Below, piece by piece: positions 45,197 through 55,533 of a DNA stretch of 64,000 bases. A program made the position numbers and the translations under genes. The stretch covers positions 46,774 through 110,773 of the forward strand of contig DASXDJ010000134.1 of the NCBI GenBank assembly GCA_036490755.1, read 5' to 3'. Numbering within the stretch: position 1 is the stretch's first letter; each line of letters starts with the position of its first letter. This DNA is from Streptosporangiaceae bacterium. Its GTDB lineage: Bacteria; Actinomycetota; Actinomycetes; Streptosporangiales; Streptosporangiaceae. The notes beneath the pieces were generated by a model. The model saw only the letters and a list, made by a program, of their open reading frames with translations, did not search any database and was not told the origin of the DNA.

Positions 45197-45620
45197 CCCG
45201 GCCGGCTACGACCCGGCCTCGGCGGGGCCGGGCCCGGCGCCTGCCCCGCGAAGCCTGCGGGATCGGCTCGGGCCCAGCCGCGCCGGCCAGGTGCTGCGCG
45301 TCCGGCTGGCCGGTCATCCGCTCTACGTCTGGCTGCTGTGGGCCGCCGGCGCGCTGATCCTCGCCTCGTCCCCGGTGCTGCTCTCCGACCCGGCGCTGTG
45401 GCGCCTGCTGGTGGACCCCGAGCTTGTCGTGCTCATGGTCATCGTCGGCGCGCAGTACGCCAGGCTCTCGATCGGCATGCTCGGGATCCGCTGGCGCGCG
45501 GTGACCCGCGCCGCCCTGGCGGCGCCGGCCCGGAGGCGGGGGCGAGACCCCGGGCCCGGCCAGCCGGGCGCGCCGGCCCGCCCTGGCGGCCGGGTGCCGC
45601 GCCGCCCCCGCCTGCCCTGA
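45189..45620 (+). CDS. Small membrane protein, unknown function
   Basis: ATG overlaps the MerR stop by 8 nt. There are two hydrophobic helices (LYVWLLWAAGALILASSPVLL; LVVLMVIVGAQYARLSIGML) and an Arg/Pro-rich tail. Confidence 0.45.
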   Translation: MTDPAGYDPASAGPGPAPAPRSLRDRLGPSRAGQVLRVRLAGHPLYVWLLWAAGALILASSPVLLSDPALWRLLVDPELVVLMVIVGAQYARLSIGMLGIRWRAVTRAALAAPARRRGRDPGPGQPGAPARPGGRVPRRPRLP

Positions 45621-45659
45621 CCTGCTCTTCGGCGCTGCCGGCGGCGGTAGTCACCGTGT

Positions 45660-45703
45660 GACTAATCAGGGCTCGCCTTGGTAGTCTCAGTGGGACTAAT
45701 CAG
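45660..45703 (+). promoter_or_regulatory. Direct repeats GTG(T/G)GACTAATCAG x2 upstream of the zinc-finger gene
   Basis: GACTAATCAG occurs at 45660-45669 and 45694-45703, with a 34-bp start-to-start spacing. These are AT-rich islands 18 nt upstream of the GGAAGG RBS and GTG 45721. Confidence 0.35.
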
Positions 45704-45720
45704 CCCGCCGGAAGGCGCAT

Positions 45721-46802
45721 GTGCCAGCCAAGGTGAGTATCTCCGCGCAGCCGCAGCACCCGCCGCGGCCGGCTGGCGGACGGCCCGCGCAGGCCCTGCG
45801 CCCGGTCGCCGGCGTCCTGCCCGACGGCACCCCGTTCTACGCCCCGATGGGGGAGGTCGCTTCCGACGGGGACCTGGTCACCTGCCACCTGTGCGGCCGG
45901 TCCCGGCGGTCGGTCACGGCCCACCTGAGGGCGCACGGCTGGACGAAGGCGGCGTACTGCGAGGCGTTCGGGCTGGAGCGCGGGCAGTCCCTGGAGGGCC
46001 AGGACACTCAGAAGCGCCGGGCCGCCGCCTTTACCCCGCGGCTCGTCTTCGACCCGGCGATCCGGGCGGGCAGCGCCGCGGGCCGCCAGCGGGCCCGGTC
46101 CGGGGACCTGAGCCGGGACGCGGTCCGGGCCGTTACCGGACGGCCGGTGCCGGAGCAGCGCCGCCGGAAGGCCGCCGTGGCCCGCGCCGCGATGCCTCCC
46201 GAGCGGGTCGCCCGGGCGAACCGGGACCGCGCGGCCCGGCACCTCGCCGAGGTCGCCGCGGCCTTGGCCCGCCTGCAGGGCTACCCTGACCTGCGGGCTT
46301 TCGTCCTGGCCCGGGCGGGTGCCGGGGCCAGCCTGGCGGCTATCAGCCGGGAAGCTGGCCTGCACCAGAACTGGCTGGCCCGGCACCTGGCCGCCATCGA
46401 CCCCGGCGCTGCCGAGGTCGTCCGGCAGTTCCGGCCGGATCGCTCCGAGGCCCGCTGGCGTCCGCTGGTGGCCGCGCTGGGCTTCGCCGGCCCGGCGGAG
46501 TACCTGCGCGACCGGCACGTCCGCCAGCACCGTACGGTGGCTGCGATCGCCGCTGAGATCGGCATGTCCCATCACGCCGTCGAGGCCGCGCTGGCCCGGC
46601 ACGGGCTGGCTGTCACCGCGGACGCCGCCCGGCGGAGCGCCGCCCGGACCGCGCGGCCGGCGTCGCTGCCGCGCTCGGCTACGACAGCATCGGCAGCTAC
46701 ATCAGCGACCGCCGCGCCGCCGGGCGGAGCTGGCGGGCGATCGCCGCGGAGTCGGGCCAGCCGGCCACCTGGCTGCGCCGGCAGCACGCTGCCGCCCGCT
46801 GA
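45721..46802 (+). pseudogene. Ros/MucR-type C2H2 zinc-finger protein with repeated HTH-like modules; one apparent -1 frameshift near 46640-46656
   Basis: CHLCGRSRRSVTAHLRAHGWTKAAYCEAFGL has the C-x2-C-x9-H-x3-H spacing and flanks of Ros/MucR. Three HTH-like modules follow (ASLAAISREAGLHQNWLARHL; RTVAAIAAEIGMSHHAVEAAL; RSWRAIAAESGQPATWLRR), the last readable only after a frame change. The true stop is TGA 46800-46802. Confidence 0.55.
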
Positions 46803-47028
46803 CCAGCAAGGAAGGCGGGGCGCCGGCCCGCCGCGACCGTGCGGTTCCCGCCGGCCGGGGTCAAGGGCGGCGGCTGCCCAGCAGGCGGCCGAACTGGGCC
46901 GGGCTAGCGTCGAACGCAGGCCGGCCTGGCGCGGCGGCGGAGCCACGACGGCCGCCGCCGGAGCCTCCGTAGTCTTGCCGGAAACTCCGAGGCGGCCGCC
47001 GTAGCCACCCCCGGCCTGGTCTGTCCGG

Positions 47029-47886
47029 CTAGGCCCCGGCTGCTGCTGCCAGCGCCCTTCCGGTCAGCACCCGGGCGAGGTGACGCCGGTAGTCGGGAGC
47101 GCCGTGCAGATCACCCGGTGGCTCGGTGCCGTCGGCCGCACGTTCCGCAACGGCCTCCAGCGCACCGCGAGTGGCCTGCGCTCCCGCGGCGGCCTGCTCA
47201 GCCGCCCTCGCCCGGAGAGGCACCGAGCCCATGTTGGTGAGCCCGATCCTGGCCTCGGCGACGGTGCCGTTTGACCGCCGGGCCAGGGCCGCGACCCCGA
47301 CGGTGGCCCAGGCCTGGGCGGTCCGGTGGAATTTCTCGTAGCGGAAGCCCCAGTCTGGACCGAGCTTGGGCACCCGGATCGCGGTCAGGATCTCACCGGG
47401 CGCGAGAGCAGGCGTGAGGTAGTCGAGGAAGAAGTCCGGCGCCGCGATCTCCCGTTCTCCTTCCGGCCCCCGGACGATGAACGTGGCGTCGAGTGCGAGG
47501 GCGACGGCGGGCAGGTCACCGGCGGGGTCGGCATGAGCCAGCGACCCTCCGATGGTGCCACGATGCCGGATCGCGGGGTCAGCGACCGTGGCGGTCGCCT
47601 GGGCCAGCAGGCCGCAGTGCGCTCCGATCAGCGGGTCATGGACAACCTGGTAGTGGGTGGTCCGGGCTCCTATCAGCAGCTGGTCACCCGCGTCGGTGAC
47701 GCCGGCCAGCTCGTCGATGCCGCCGAGATCGACGAGCAGGTCGGGGTAGGCCAGCCGCAGCCGCAGCAGCGGCAGCAGGCTCTGCCCGCCCGCGATCACC
47801 TTGGCATCCTCGCCGCCACCAGCCAGCGCGCTGATCGCGTCGTCCAGAGAGCGGGGCCGGACGTAGTCGAACTTCGCCGGGATCAT
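47029..47886 (-). CDS. coxM: CODH/xanthine-dehydrogenase-family FAD-binding medium subunit (CoxM-like)
   Basis: [21 protein letters not shown]...KVIAGGQSLLPLLRLRL. ATGA overlap with the large-subunit stop. Confidence 0.85.
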   Translation of the reverse strand: MIPAKFDYVRPRSLDDAISALAGGGEDAKVIAGGQSLLPLLRLRLAYPDLLVDLGGIDELAGVTDAGDQLLIGARTTHYQVVHDPLIGAHCGLLAQATATVADPAIRHRGTIGGSLAHADPAGDLPAVALALDATFIVRGPEGEREIAAPDFFLDYLTPALAPGEILTAIRVPKLGPDWGFRYEKFHRTAQAWATVGVAALARRSNGTVAEARIGLTNMGSVPLRARAAEQAAAGAQATRGALEAVAERAADGTEPPGDLHGAPDYRRHLARVLTGRALAAAAGA

Positions 47887-50342
47887 GCCGTGCCTCCGTC
47901 CTGCGGGATCTCGCCGATCCCCTGCGGGCTGTTGCCCTGGCTGGCCAGGTTCTGCCGGGCTTCGTGCTGCCCGGCTGCGCTGCCCTGGGCATTGCCCTCT
48001 GCAGCCTGGATCGCCCGCCACACCCGCTCGGGCGTGCACGGCATCTCGACGTCCCTGACCCCGAAGGTCCGCAGGGCGTCCACGATGGAGTTCACGACAG
48101 CCGGAGTGGAGGCGATCGTGCCGGCCTCGCCGACGCCCTTGACCCCGAGCCGGTTCGATGCCCGGGTCTCAGTCCGCTCGGTGACGTAGGACGGCAGGTC
48201 AGCCGCGGACGGGATCAGGTAGTCGGCCATCGTGGTCGTGACCAGGTTCCCGTCATCGTCGTAGACGCCTTCCTCATACAGCGCCTGGGCGATGCCCTGG
48301 GCCAGGCCGCCATGCACCTGGCCCTCCACGATCATCGGGTTGACCACGACGCCGACGTCGTCGACGGCCACGTAGGAACGGATCTTCACGAACCCGGTCT
48401 CGGTGTCGACCTCGGTCGCGCACAGATGGGTGCCGTGCGGGAAGGAGAAGTTGTCCGGGTCGTAGGTGTAATCGGAGTCCAGCGACGGCTCGACGCCGTC
48501 GGGCAGCGCGTGGGCCGCGAACGTGGCCAGCGCGATCTCCTGGATCGACTTCCCCGCATCCGGGTCGCCGGTGACCGAGAACCGCCCGGCTGAGAACTCC
48601 AGGTCGTCCGGCGACACCTCCAGCATCCCGGCCGCGATCACCCGGGCCTTGTCGATGACCTTGTCGCAGGCCCCGGCCAGGGCGATGCCGCCGACGGCGA
48701 GCGAGCGCGAGCCGTAGGTGTCCATCCCCTTCGGGGAGACCTGGGTGTCGCCGTGCAGCACCCGGATGTCCTCGAATGGCACGCCCAGCTGGTCAGCGAC
48801 GATCTGGCTCCAGGCCGTCTCGTGGCCCTGGCCGTGCGCGCTGGACCCGGTGACTACCTCGACCTTGCCGGTCGGCAGCATCCGGATCGACGCGGTCTCC
48901 CAGCCGCCGGCCCCGTACGACAGGCTGCCCAGCACCCGGGAGGGGGCCAGGCCGCACATCTCGGTGAACGTGGAGATGCCGATGCCCAGCCGTACCTTGT
49001 CGCTTCGCTCGTTCCGCTCACGCTGCTCGGCTCGCAGGCCGTCATAGTCGAACAGCTCCCTGGCCTTAGCCGTGGCGGCCTCGTAGTTGCCCGAGTCGTA
49101 GGTGAGGCCGCAGATCGTGGTGAACGGGAACTCCTCGTGCTTGATCCAGTTCCGCTCGCGCAGCTCCAGCGGCTCCATCCCGAGCTCGGTAGCCAGCTCG
49201 TCCATGATCCGCTCGATCGCGAACGTGGCCTCCGGCCGGCCGGCGCCGCGGTAGGCGTCGGTGGGCATCTTGGTGGTGAACACCCCGGTGCACTTGAAGG
49301 AGTAGGCGTCCATCTTGTAGATCGCCGGGAACATGAACGCGCCCAGCAGCGGCACGCCCGGCGTGACCAGCATCAGGTAGGCGCCCATGTCGGCCAGCAG
49401 GTCCACCGACAGGCCGCGGATCCGGCCGTCAGCGTCGGCGGCGATCCTGATCCGCTGCCACTGATCCCGGCCGTGGTGCACCGTGAGGTTGCCCTCGCTG
49501 CGGGTCTCATTCCACTTAACCGGCTTGCCAACCTTGCGGCTGATGAGGACGCTCAGGACTTCCTCGGCCGTGACCTGCAGCTTCGACCCGAACCCGCCGC
49601 CGACGTCGGGGGCGATCACCCGGATGTTCTGCTCGGGAATGCCGAAGAACGCTGACAGCGCGAATCTGAGCACGTGCGGGATCTGGGTCGCCGACCACAA
49701 GGTCACCTCGTCGCCGATCCACTGCGCGACCACTGCCCGCGGCTCCATCGCCGTCGGGATCAGCCGCTGCTGGCGGTAGTCACGCTCGAGCACGACCGGG
49801 GCATCGCTGAAGGCGGCCTCCTGGTCTCCGTTGGCGAAGACCCACTCGTAGCTCTTATTGCCTGCCTCGTGCACCTTCGGCGAGTCCGGGTCCAGCGCCG
49901 TGCGCATGTCGAGGACCGGCGGGAGCGGCTCGTAGTCCACGTCAATCAGGCCGACGGCGTCGGCGGCGGCGAACCGGTCCCTGGCGACCACGACAGCGAC
50001 AGCCTCTCCGACATAGCGCACCTCGTCCACCGCCATAGGCGGATGCGCTGGAATCACAATGTCCGGAGTCACCGGCCACGCGCACGGAAGGCTGCCCTGC
50101 TCCTCAGCGAAGTCGGCGCCGCTGAATGCCGCGATGACGCCGGGCTGGCCGAGAGCGCCGCTGACATCCACATTGGTGATCTTGGCGTGCGCGAACGGGC
50201 TGCGGACAAAAGCCATGTGCAGCATGCCGGGCAGTCTGATGTTGTCGGTCCAGTTGGTCTGGCCGGTGATCAGCTTCGCGTCTTCTTTACGCAGCCGGGC
50301 CCGGCCGAGCTCAGCCTCCGGCGCATCGATGGTCGCGGTCAT
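47883..50342 (-). CDS. coxL: Molybdopterin-binding large subunit, form-II CODH-like (CoxL-like)
   Basis: The aldehyde oxidase/xanthine dehydrogenase fold runs throughout. The active-site loop reads AYRGAGR (form II) rather than AYRCSFR (form I). Confidence 0.85.
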   Translation of the reverse strand: MTATIDAPEAELGRARLRKEDAKLITGQTNWTDNIRLPGMLHMAFVRSPFAHAKITNVDVSGALGQPGVIAAFSGADFAEEQGSLPCAWPVTPDIVIPAHPPMAVDEVRYVGEAVAVVVARDRFAAADAVGLIDVDYEPLPPVLDMRTALDPDSPKVHEAGNKSYEWVFANGDQEAAFSDAPVVLERDYRQQRLIPTAMEPRAVVAQWIGDEVTLWSATQIPHVLRFALSAFFGIPEQNIRVIAPDVGGGFGSKLQVTAEEVLSVLISRKVGKPVKWNETRSEGNLTVHHGRDQWQRIRIAADADGRIRGLSVDLLADMGAYLMLVTPGVPLLGAFMFPAIYKMDAYSFKCTGVFTTKMPTDAYRGAGRPEATFAIERIMDELATELGMEPLELRERNWIKHEEFPFTTICGLTYDSGNYEAATAKARELFDYDGLRAEQRERNERSDKVRLGIGISTFTEMCGLAPSRVLGSLSYGAGGWETASIRMLPTGKVEVVTGSSAHGQGHETAWSQIVADQLGVPFEDIRVLHGDTQVSPKGMDTYGSRSLAVGGIALAGACDKVIDKARVIAAGMLEVSPDDLEFSAGRFSVTGDPDAGKSIQEIALATFAAHALPDGVEPSLDSDYTYDPDNFSFPHGTHLCATEVDTETGFVKIRSYVAVDDVGVVVNPMIVEGQVHGGLAQGIAQALYEEGVYDDDGNLVTTTMADYLIPSAADLPSYVTERTETRASNRLGVKGVGEAGTIASTPAVVNSIVDALRTFGVRDVEMPCTPERVWRAIQAAEGNAQGSAAGQHEARQNLASQGNSPQGIGEIPQDGGTA

Positions 50343-50806
50343 GAGGTCGCTCCTGCCTCGGACGCGCGCTTGACGGCGCGGACGATGTTCTCGTAGCCGG
50401 TGCAGCGGCAGAGGTTGCCCTCGAGGCCTTCCCTGATTTCCGACTCAGTCGGGTGCGGGTTGTCCCGCAGCAGGTCGGTGGCCGCCAGGATCATGCCGGG
50501 CGTGCAGTAGCCGCATTGCAGCGCGTGCTCTTCGTGGAACGCGCGCTGCATCGGGTGCAGCTCGCCGTTGGCCAGGCCCTCGATGGTGGTGACATCAGAC
50601 CCGTCGGCCTGCACCGCCAGGACCGAGCAGCTCTTGACCGATACCCCGTCCATCAGCACCGTGCATGCGCCGCAATTTGAGGTATCACACCCCACGGGCG
50701 TACCGGTCTTCCCGAGCGTCTCCCGGAGGTAATGCACGAGCAGCATCCGAGGCTCAACATGATCTTCGTATTGGACGCCATCAACAGTGACGGAGATATC
50801 TGCCAT
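50339..50806 (-). CDS. coxS: [2Fe-2S] small subunit (CoxS-like)
   Basis: [12 protein letters not shown] and CGYCTPG...CRCTGY cluster motifs. ATG 50806 is preceded by GGGAGGAAG. Confidence 0.9.
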   Translation of the reverse strand: MADISVTVDGVQYEDHVEPRMLLVHYLRETLGKTGTPVGCDTSNCGACTVLMDGVSVKSCSVLAVQADGSDVTTIEGLANGELHPMQRAFHEEHALQCGYCTPGMILAATDLLRDNPHPTESEIREGLEGNLCRCTGYENIVRAVKRASEAGATS

Positions 50807-51617
50807 ACGTGCTTCCTCCCCAGGAATCACACGGGTCGTAGATGCCAACCTAAGACCACAGGACGGCATCGCACCAGTACTGAAACGAGACATGATCATG
50901 AAGAGCCGGGCCGGAGACACCACTGCCGACGTCGTGGTAGGCCGACGGCCGAGACGGCCTGCGCGGCGCCCGGGTTCGCCGGGCCGCTTGGCTGGCACCC
51001 GTCGCGGTAACCAGGCCAAACGTCCTCTCGGCCGCAGCAGCCAGTGAGCCCGCTCAGGATGTCACGAGACCTTGCGCCGCCTTCACTGTCAGCGTCCTGC
51101 CCGCTGCGAATTGGCCGTCCAAGGGCTGTATTCCCGGTGACCAGGATCAGCCAGCGGAATTTCTGCACTCGTTCGCCCCACGATCCCGCCGGACCCGGCA
51201 TGGGATGTCGACTGGACGTCGAGGGGGTTGCGCCCTGTATGCCTGGCGCCACCCCTGACTCAGTCGAGGGTATTGAGATCAAGGGCCGGGTCAAGGTCAG
51301 GCTCGCCCCGGTATTGATGATCTACACAGGCACTGCGCGCTTCACTGAACGCAACCGGGACGCCGCTCGGAGTCGTCAGGCTGGAGGCATCACGCAAGGA
51401 GACCGGGGGAGCCGGCACCCCCACGGCCACAGTCCGCTCCGAACTTCACGGTGAGGGCTGTCACGCCAAGGTAACCGTGCGCACCTGGCCGAATTTGACC
51501 GGTATAGCACAGTTCGGCCGAGGGGTGATGGCTGAGGTCAGTGCAAGTGATCGGCGTCTTCAGGCGGTCCGCGGTGGCGGGCACGGTATCCGCCCGGGGG
51601 GGAAATAGTCTTCGGTG

Positions 51618-53999
51618 GTGGAACTGGTCGAACGCCATGGCGTGCTTGGCTAGGTGGCTAGCCTGCTCGACCGCGGCGATACCGGATCGGGCGGGGTCCT
51701 GGTGGTGACAGGGCCGGCCGGTTCAGGTCGGACGGCGCTGGCCGATGCGGCCGTGGAGCAGGCGCGTCGCCGCGGGCTGGAGGTCGTGCGCGGGACGCCG
51801 GTCGCGGGGCGGGCGGTGGGTGTGGGCGCAGCTGGTGCGGGACGCCGGGGGGTCCAGCGAGCTGGTCGCAGCCCTGCTGGCCGAGCCGGGAGACTACGAT
51901 CTCGACGCTGCAGTGGTGGCGTTGTGCTCGGGCTGACTGGTCGTCGTGGACGACCTGGACCGGGGCGGACCGGATGCCGTGGCGGTGCTGGCGGTGCTGG
52001 CGGGCCGGGCGATCGCGGCACCGGTCGCTGTGCTGGTGACGTCGCGAACACCGCCGGGCATCGGCAGCGAGGTGTGGCTGGCCCCGCTGAGCCCCGCCGC
52101 GATCGGTGTGGTGACCGGTGAGACGCGGCCCGACGTGCGCCACGCACTGTGGGTGGCCTCCCGAGGTCTGCCGGGCCCGGCCCGCGCCCTGGCGGCGACC
52201 CTCGACACGGGCGCGGGCGGCGATCCGGTCGTGGCGCTGGCCCTGGGCGCGGTGTCGGGCGAGGGATTCCTGGAGGTTGACACCGGGCTGGTCAGGCTGC
52301 TGGAGACGGCGCTGAGCCGGGTGGCCGAGGACGGTGCCCGGGCCCGGCTGCTGGCCCGGCTGGCCCATGCGCTGCTGGGCGACACCGGCGCGGCGGGCCG
52401 ACGTCGCGCACTTGTCGAGGATGCCATGGTCCTGGCCCGGCGCGGCGGAGATCGCGCGGTGCTGGCCGAGGTGCTCGACGCGCGGCTGCACGCACTGTGG
52501 GATCCCGGCGGCGCACTGGACCGGCTAGCGGCCGCGGGTGAGATCATCGACCTGGCGCGTGGGTCGGCGGATCTGGAGCGCGAGCGCCGGGGCCTGTTCT
52601 GGCGATTCGTGGCGCTGATGGAGCTGGGCCGGGTCGCAGAGGCGGAGGCCGCGCTGGCCGCGTTCGACCGGGAGGCCCGCGCCGCGGGCGACGCGGCAGC
52701 GGCGGTGATGGTCGTGTCCCGCCACGCGATGCTGACGGCATTGCGGGGCCGGTTTGACGATGCGCAGGCGCTGATCGCGCAGGTTGCCGACCAGGGACAG
52801 CGGGTGGGCCTGGCCGACACCGACCGGCTCGTCGGCACCGTACAGGGGGAAATGATCGCGATGCTGCGCGGCGACCCCCCGACCGCCGCAGCCGAGGCCG
52901 GGCTGGAGGAGCTGCAAGCGGCCGCCCGTCGCAGCCCCGGACACCTCTACGAGGCCACAGCGGCCCGGTTGCTCGTGTACCTCGGACGGCCGGCCGAGGC
53001 GGCCCTGGAGCTGCAGCGCGCCCTGTCCGGGTGCTGGCCGGCTCAGGACCGCGCTGGCTGGGTGCGGCCGCGGACCTCGCCGTGGTGGCGGTCGCGACCG
53101 GCAACACCCCTGCCGCGGCCCGGCTGTATCCGGCGCTGACCAGTTACCGGGGGCGGCTGGTGGTGTGGGCGGGCGCGAACACGGTCACCGGACCGGTTAG
53201 CCACCACCTCGGGATCCTCGCGGCCCACCTCGGGCGGCTCGACGACGCGGCCGAGCTGCTTACCGAAGCCGCCGCATGGGAGGAGGAGACCGGCGCGCTG
53301 CCCTTCCTCGCCAGCACCCTGGCCGCGCTGGACGAAACGCTGTCCCGCCGCGGCTACGACGGTGACGCCGAGCGGGCTTCGGGCTATCAGCGGCGGGCGC
53401 GCGAGATCGCCGCCCGGCTGGGCATGTCCAGGCTGCTCGCATCGCTGACGCCTGCGGCCGATGAGTGGACGTTGCGCCGGGACGGCCCCGACTGGCTGCT
53501 CGCGGCCGGGGACGAGCGGGCCCGGCTCCGCGATAGCCGGGGCCTGGCGTACCTGCGGGCGCTGCTCGCCGCACCTGGCCGGGAGATCGCCGCGCTGGAC
53601 CTGGTCGCCGGCGGCGCGGGCATGCCCGCGGCCGCCGCCGAGCCGGTGCTGGATGCCGCAGCGCGGGACGCCTACCGCCGGCGGCTGGCTGCGCTGGATG
53701 ACGTACTCGACGCGGCTGACACCGCCGGCGACAGCAGCCGTGCACAGCAGGCGGTCACCGAACGCGACGCGCTGCTCGGCGAGCTGCGCAGGGCGACCGG
53801 TCTGGGTGGCCGCGACAGAGGAGTGCCCGGCGCGGACGAGCGGGCCCGGGTCAACGTCACCCGCACCCTGCGCGCCACCCTCGACCGGGTCACCGACGCT
53901 GCCCCGAAAGCGGGCGCTCACCTGAGGGCGTCGATCCGCACCGGACGGGCCTGCCGCTACCATCCGGCCCCCGGCGGACCGCCACGCTGGCGCGTCTGA
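51618..53999 (+). pseudogene. Decayed gene for a large P-loop ATPase/TPR regulator-like protein (four lesions)
   Basis: VELVERHGVLG-TAG(51651)-VASLLDRGDTGSGGVLVVTGPAGSGRTALA (Walker A); frame change near 51805-51822; in-frame TGA (51934-36) just before LVVVDDLD (Walker B); a long TPR-like body; a second frame change near 53020-53035; the conserved tail ...RDSRGLAYLRALLAAPGREIAALDLV... Confidence 0.6.
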
Positions 54000-54067
54000 C
54001 ACCCCGTACAAATCGTTCCTTCCCGGTTTACGCCTCCCGTGTGAATCACCACATCGAGGAGGAACCC

Positions 54068-54892
54068 ATGAGCACCATCCAGGCCACCGGCCAGCCGGCC
54101 CGCATCGCCGGTCTCGCAGCCGATGACTATGGCCACAGCGACGACCGGGCGCCGCTCATCCTGCTGCACGGCTTGACCTTCGACCGCACCACGTGGCGCG
54201 ACATCATGCCCGAGCTGCAGCGCATCGACCCCGGACGCCGCGTCGTCGCGCTCGACCTACCCGGGCACGGCCAGTCACCCGACCAGCCGGCCTATGAGCT
54301 CGACACCATCGTCGAGCAGATCCACGAGGTGGTCGAGGAGGCCGGGCTGAGCGCACCCGTGCTCGTCGGCCATTCCGCATCCGGTGGCTTCGCCACCGCC
54401 TATGCGGCGCGTCACCCCAGCCACGGGGTCGTGAACATCGACTCCTCACTGCAGATCGCGCCGTTCATCACTCTCCTGCAGTCGTTGGGCGACCGGCTGC
54501 GCGGGCCCGACTTCCCGGCACTGTGGCAGCAGATCTTCTACGCCAGCTTCCGCGTCGAGCTGCTCCCGCCCGCCGCTCAGGACCTGGTGAGGGCTACGTG
54601 CCGGCCCCGCCAGCAGGTCACCCTGGGCTACTGGCGCCAGCTCATCGAGCAGTCCGCCGACGAGGTCCCGGCCATGATCGAGCACGAGGCAGCGGCTCTG
54701 CGGGCCTCCGGTATGCCCTACCTCTACATCGCCGGTGACGACCTGCACCCCGGCTACCGGCAGTGGCTCGGCGCGCGCCTGCCTGCGGCGACCGTGGAAG
54801 TGTGGCCCCGGACCGGTCACTTCCCGCACCTCGCCGACCCGCAACGGTTCGCCCGGCGGCTCGCCGACACCGCACAGTGGATCGCCCGGTGA
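54068..54892 (+). CDS. Alpha/beta-fold hydrolase
   Basis: LILLHGLTFD...LDLPGHGQS...LVGHSASGG (nucleophile elbow). ATG 54068 is preceded by GAGGAGGAA. Confidence 0.8.
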   Translation: MSTIQATGQPARIAGLAADDYGHSDDRAPLILLHGLTFDRTTWRDIMPELQRIDPGRRVVALDLPGHGQSPDQPAYELDTIVEQIHEVVEEAGLSAPVLVGHSASGGFATAYAARHPSHGVVNIDSSLQIAPFITLLQSLGDRLRGPDFPALWQQIFYASFRVELLPPAAQDLVRATCRPRQQVTLGYWRQLIEQSADEVPAMIEHEAAALRASGMPYLYIAGDDLHPGYRQWLGARLPAATVEVWPRTGHFPHLADPQRFARRLADTAQWIAR

Positions 54893-54894
54893 GC

Positions 54895-55276
54895 GCCGTC
54901 GCCCGGGCAGCTGTGCGGCGGCGCTGCTCCGGCACCGGACGGTCGGTGCTGGCCCGCGCCGCATCCCGCGAAAAATTCACCCGCGGCAGCGCGCTGCCGC
55001 CCCACCGCGCAGCCCGACCGGATGGCCGGGTCCAGGACTAGCCGGGGAGTTAAAGATGCGGCCCGGCGCCTCCTGGTCTCCCAGCCCCTCCAGCGACTGG
55101 CGTCGCCCGAGGCCGAGGGCTTCGCAGGAGGCCGTCGTGGACCAGCCCTGCACGCGCAGGCGGGCGGTCACCGATCTCAGCGAGCGGCCGCACAGATGGC
55201 AGGTGACGGTGGCGCCGTCGGAGACCACCTCGCCGATCGGGGCGCCAGTCCGGAGTCCCGTCAGCAAGCATTCCAA
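54895..55276 (-). pseudogene. Decayed, truncated paralog of the Ros/MucR-type zinc-finger gene
   Basis: GEVVSDGATVTCHLCGRSLRSVTARLRVQGWSTTASCEALGLGRRQSLEG aligns with 45.8 kb copy, but both zinc-ligand His are replaced (R, Q). Homologous stretches (AAGRQRAAAGEF; SRDAARASTDRPVPEQRRRTAARA) continue in two other frames up to the hydrolase stop. Confidence 0.45.
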
Positions 55277-55533
55277 CTTCTGGCCGGATCCCGCGCCGCG
55301 CTCCCCGGCGTCCCCGGTCGGACCGGGGCCCGGCAGCGGTCGTCCCAGCCGTCATGCGCGCTTTCCTCCGCGGAGATCGGAAGACTCAAGGAGAGTAGCA
55401 ACCTGACCCCGGCCCAGGACAGGAGAGGGACGAGGCCGGCGCACCTACCTGGGCCCATGTCGGACAGGGCAGGCCATCCCGGGCGCTCCTTCCGCGCCTG
55501 CCTTACGAGCAGCTGCAGTTAGACTCGGCGCTT

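Noticed and set aside
46650-47004. C-terminal 120 residues of the 427-aa track ORF 45721..47004
   Set aside because: This is out-of-frame read-through (Ala/Arg/Pro/Gly string). The protein-like continuation, with a third HTH-like module and a stop at 46802, lies in the -1 frame.
50807-51050. Molybdenum-cofactor riboswitch upstream of coxS
   Set aside because: It was considered because of the long leader ahead of a Mo-enzyme operon. I cannot recognise the conserved Moco motif by eye, so it is left as something to test with a covariance model and not claimed.
50896-51638. ORFs in the cox upstream gap (51044..51454 +, 50896..51294 -, 51390..51638 -)
   Set aside because: They have low third-position GC relative to real genes here, no RBS or motif support, and they overlap each other.
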